Notes under the pieces: generated by a model | The model's database searches: none | Seen by the model: the letters and a program-made list of their open reading frames with translations, nothing else | What the model was told of the DNA's origin: nothing | Made by a program: the position numbers and the translations under genes | From: Armatimonadota bacterium | GTDB lineage: Bacteria > Armatimonadota > SYMT01 | Assembly (NCBI GenBank): GCA_046292385.1 | Contig: JBKBRF010000003.1 | Coordinates: 138,855 to 178,220, forward strand | Direction of reading: 5' to 3' | Length of the DNA stretch: 39,366 bases | In this document: piece by piece, positions 38,419 through 39,366 of the stretch | Position numbering within the stretch: position 1 is the first letter of the stretch | Layout: each line of letters starts with the position of its first letter

Positions 38419-39288
38419 TTATCCCGCCTCGTAGAGGAACGGCCCGGCGCGCCGCAGCCGTCCGGCGTCCACCTCCACGCTCAGTGCTCCCACCGCGGTC
38501 TCCGGCGGGCTCCCCAGCGCTTCCGCGACTTCCTGCGCCGTGGCGCGCCCCCAGTACCGGACGTACTCCACCGGGTCGGTCGCGCTCCGGAGCGGCGGGA
38601 GCGCCGGCTCCAGCTCTTCCAGCGCGGCCCGGAGCACGGAGTAGGGGCGGTAGCCGACCATCAGCACGGCGCGCCCGGAGCGGAGTCCGCGCACCACCAG
38701 GGACGGAAACCGACCGATTCCGCGGTACCGCACCTCACGCAGGTCTTCCCGAAAGGCGTCCCGCGCCGCCGGCCCCGGCAGCTCTCGCCGGAACCGCTCC
38801 GCGTCGAAGCGCCCCGTCGCCTGCGCCAGCTCCTCCGCCACCGCCGTCAGCACCTCCGGGAGGGAGACGTTCCGCCGCTGCAGCAGCGCCGCCGCGCGCA
38901 GCCGCCGCAGGTACGCCTCTTCCGCCTCGGGGCCCTGCAGCGCCGCCGCCTTCACCGCCAGGCAGGCGGGATAGGAGGAGGAAGGCGGGTCCTCGTGCCA
39001 GATCCGCTCGTCCAGCGGCACTCCGGTGGCGGTGCGGACGTGGTACCACTGCGGCGCCATCTGCGCCGGGCTGGAGACCGAGTTGAGCGGGTCGTCGTAG
39101 CTGTTCCAGTCCGGGATCATGCCGGCCATGCGGTAGCGCCAGGTGAGCCGCGGACCCAGCTCGTACCGGAGGCGCCGCCACTGCGGCTCCAGGGACCAGC
39201 TCCAGGAGCAGAGCGGGTCGGTGTAGTACTCCACGGCGATCCGGGCTTCGGTCGCGGGCTGGCGCTCCAGGGCGGTCGCTTCGTTCAT
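38419..39288 (-). CDS. DsbA-family (thioredoxin-fold, YjbH/FrnE-like) protein
   Basis: YYTDPLCSWSW..EP, SSYPACLAVKAA..QG, F.EDL......GI..FPSL; GAGGAG RBS before ATG 39288. Confidence 0.82.
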   Translation of the reverse strand: MNEATALERQPATEARIAVEYYTDPLCSWSWSLEPQWRRLRYELGPRLTWRYRMAGMIPDWNSYDDPLNSVSSPAQMAPQWYHVRTATGVPLDERIWHEDPPSSSYPACLAVKAAALQGPEAEEAYLRRLRAAALLQRRNVSLPEVLTAVAEELAQATGRFDAERFRRELPGPAARDAFREDLREVRYRGIGRFPSLVVRGLRSGRAVLMVGYRPYSVLRAALEELEPALPPLRSATDPVEYVRYWGRATAQEVAEALGSPPETAVGALSVEVDAGRLRRAGPFLYEAG

Positions 39289-39366
39289 GCACTCCTCGGG
39301 ACGGTTCCGGTCACGCAGCGGGGGGGGGGGGCCCCCCCCAAACCCACCCCCAGACCAACCCCCCAC

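Noticed and set aside
39320..39366. Poly-G/poly-C run at the window end
   Set aside because: Low-complexity terminal sequence typical of a sequencing or assembly artefact; it also produces the false N-terminal extension of the last ORF.

Overview
A GC-rich bacterial chromosomal window, probably from a diderm organism. The gene mix would fit Armatimonadota, but that assignment is only an inference. (1) 59-3883 (-): a lasso-peptide cluster in the order RRE (B1), leader peptidase (B2), cyclase (C), a 57-aa precursor, HPr-kinase-like kinase. The precursor carries two tandem YxxPxxxxxG leader motifs. Its predicted 20-aa acidic core (AGGDGLPDDDFDQGTTPIGG) lacks the C-terminal Ser that characterised lasso kinases phosphorylate. 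A sharp GC step inside the cyclase suggests a module swap. (2) 4250-10336 (+): a divergently transcribed type IV pilus operon, pilMNO-pilP-like-pilB-pilT. (3) 10.3-16 kb: an accessory patch with a structured non-coding region, two pentapeptide-repeat paralogues, a DUF6262-like/WD40 fusion, a Xaa-Pro peptidase remnant, lpdA and a receiver protein. (4) Mostly housekeeping genes: HAD hydrolase, sulfatase, acnA, orphan sugar permease, rlpA-like, glnA, GlnR-like regulator, a 1572-aa AsmA-like protein, dapA, asd, dapB, M16 peptidase, an enolase-superfamily enzyme and a DsbA-like protein. The most striking non-coding signal lies between glnA and the GlnR-like gene: about 590 bp made of two diverged, back-to-back ~260-nt units whose internal stems are preserved by compensatory changes. 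I cannot assign it to a known family. All calls are from reading the sequence by eye; no database searches were run.
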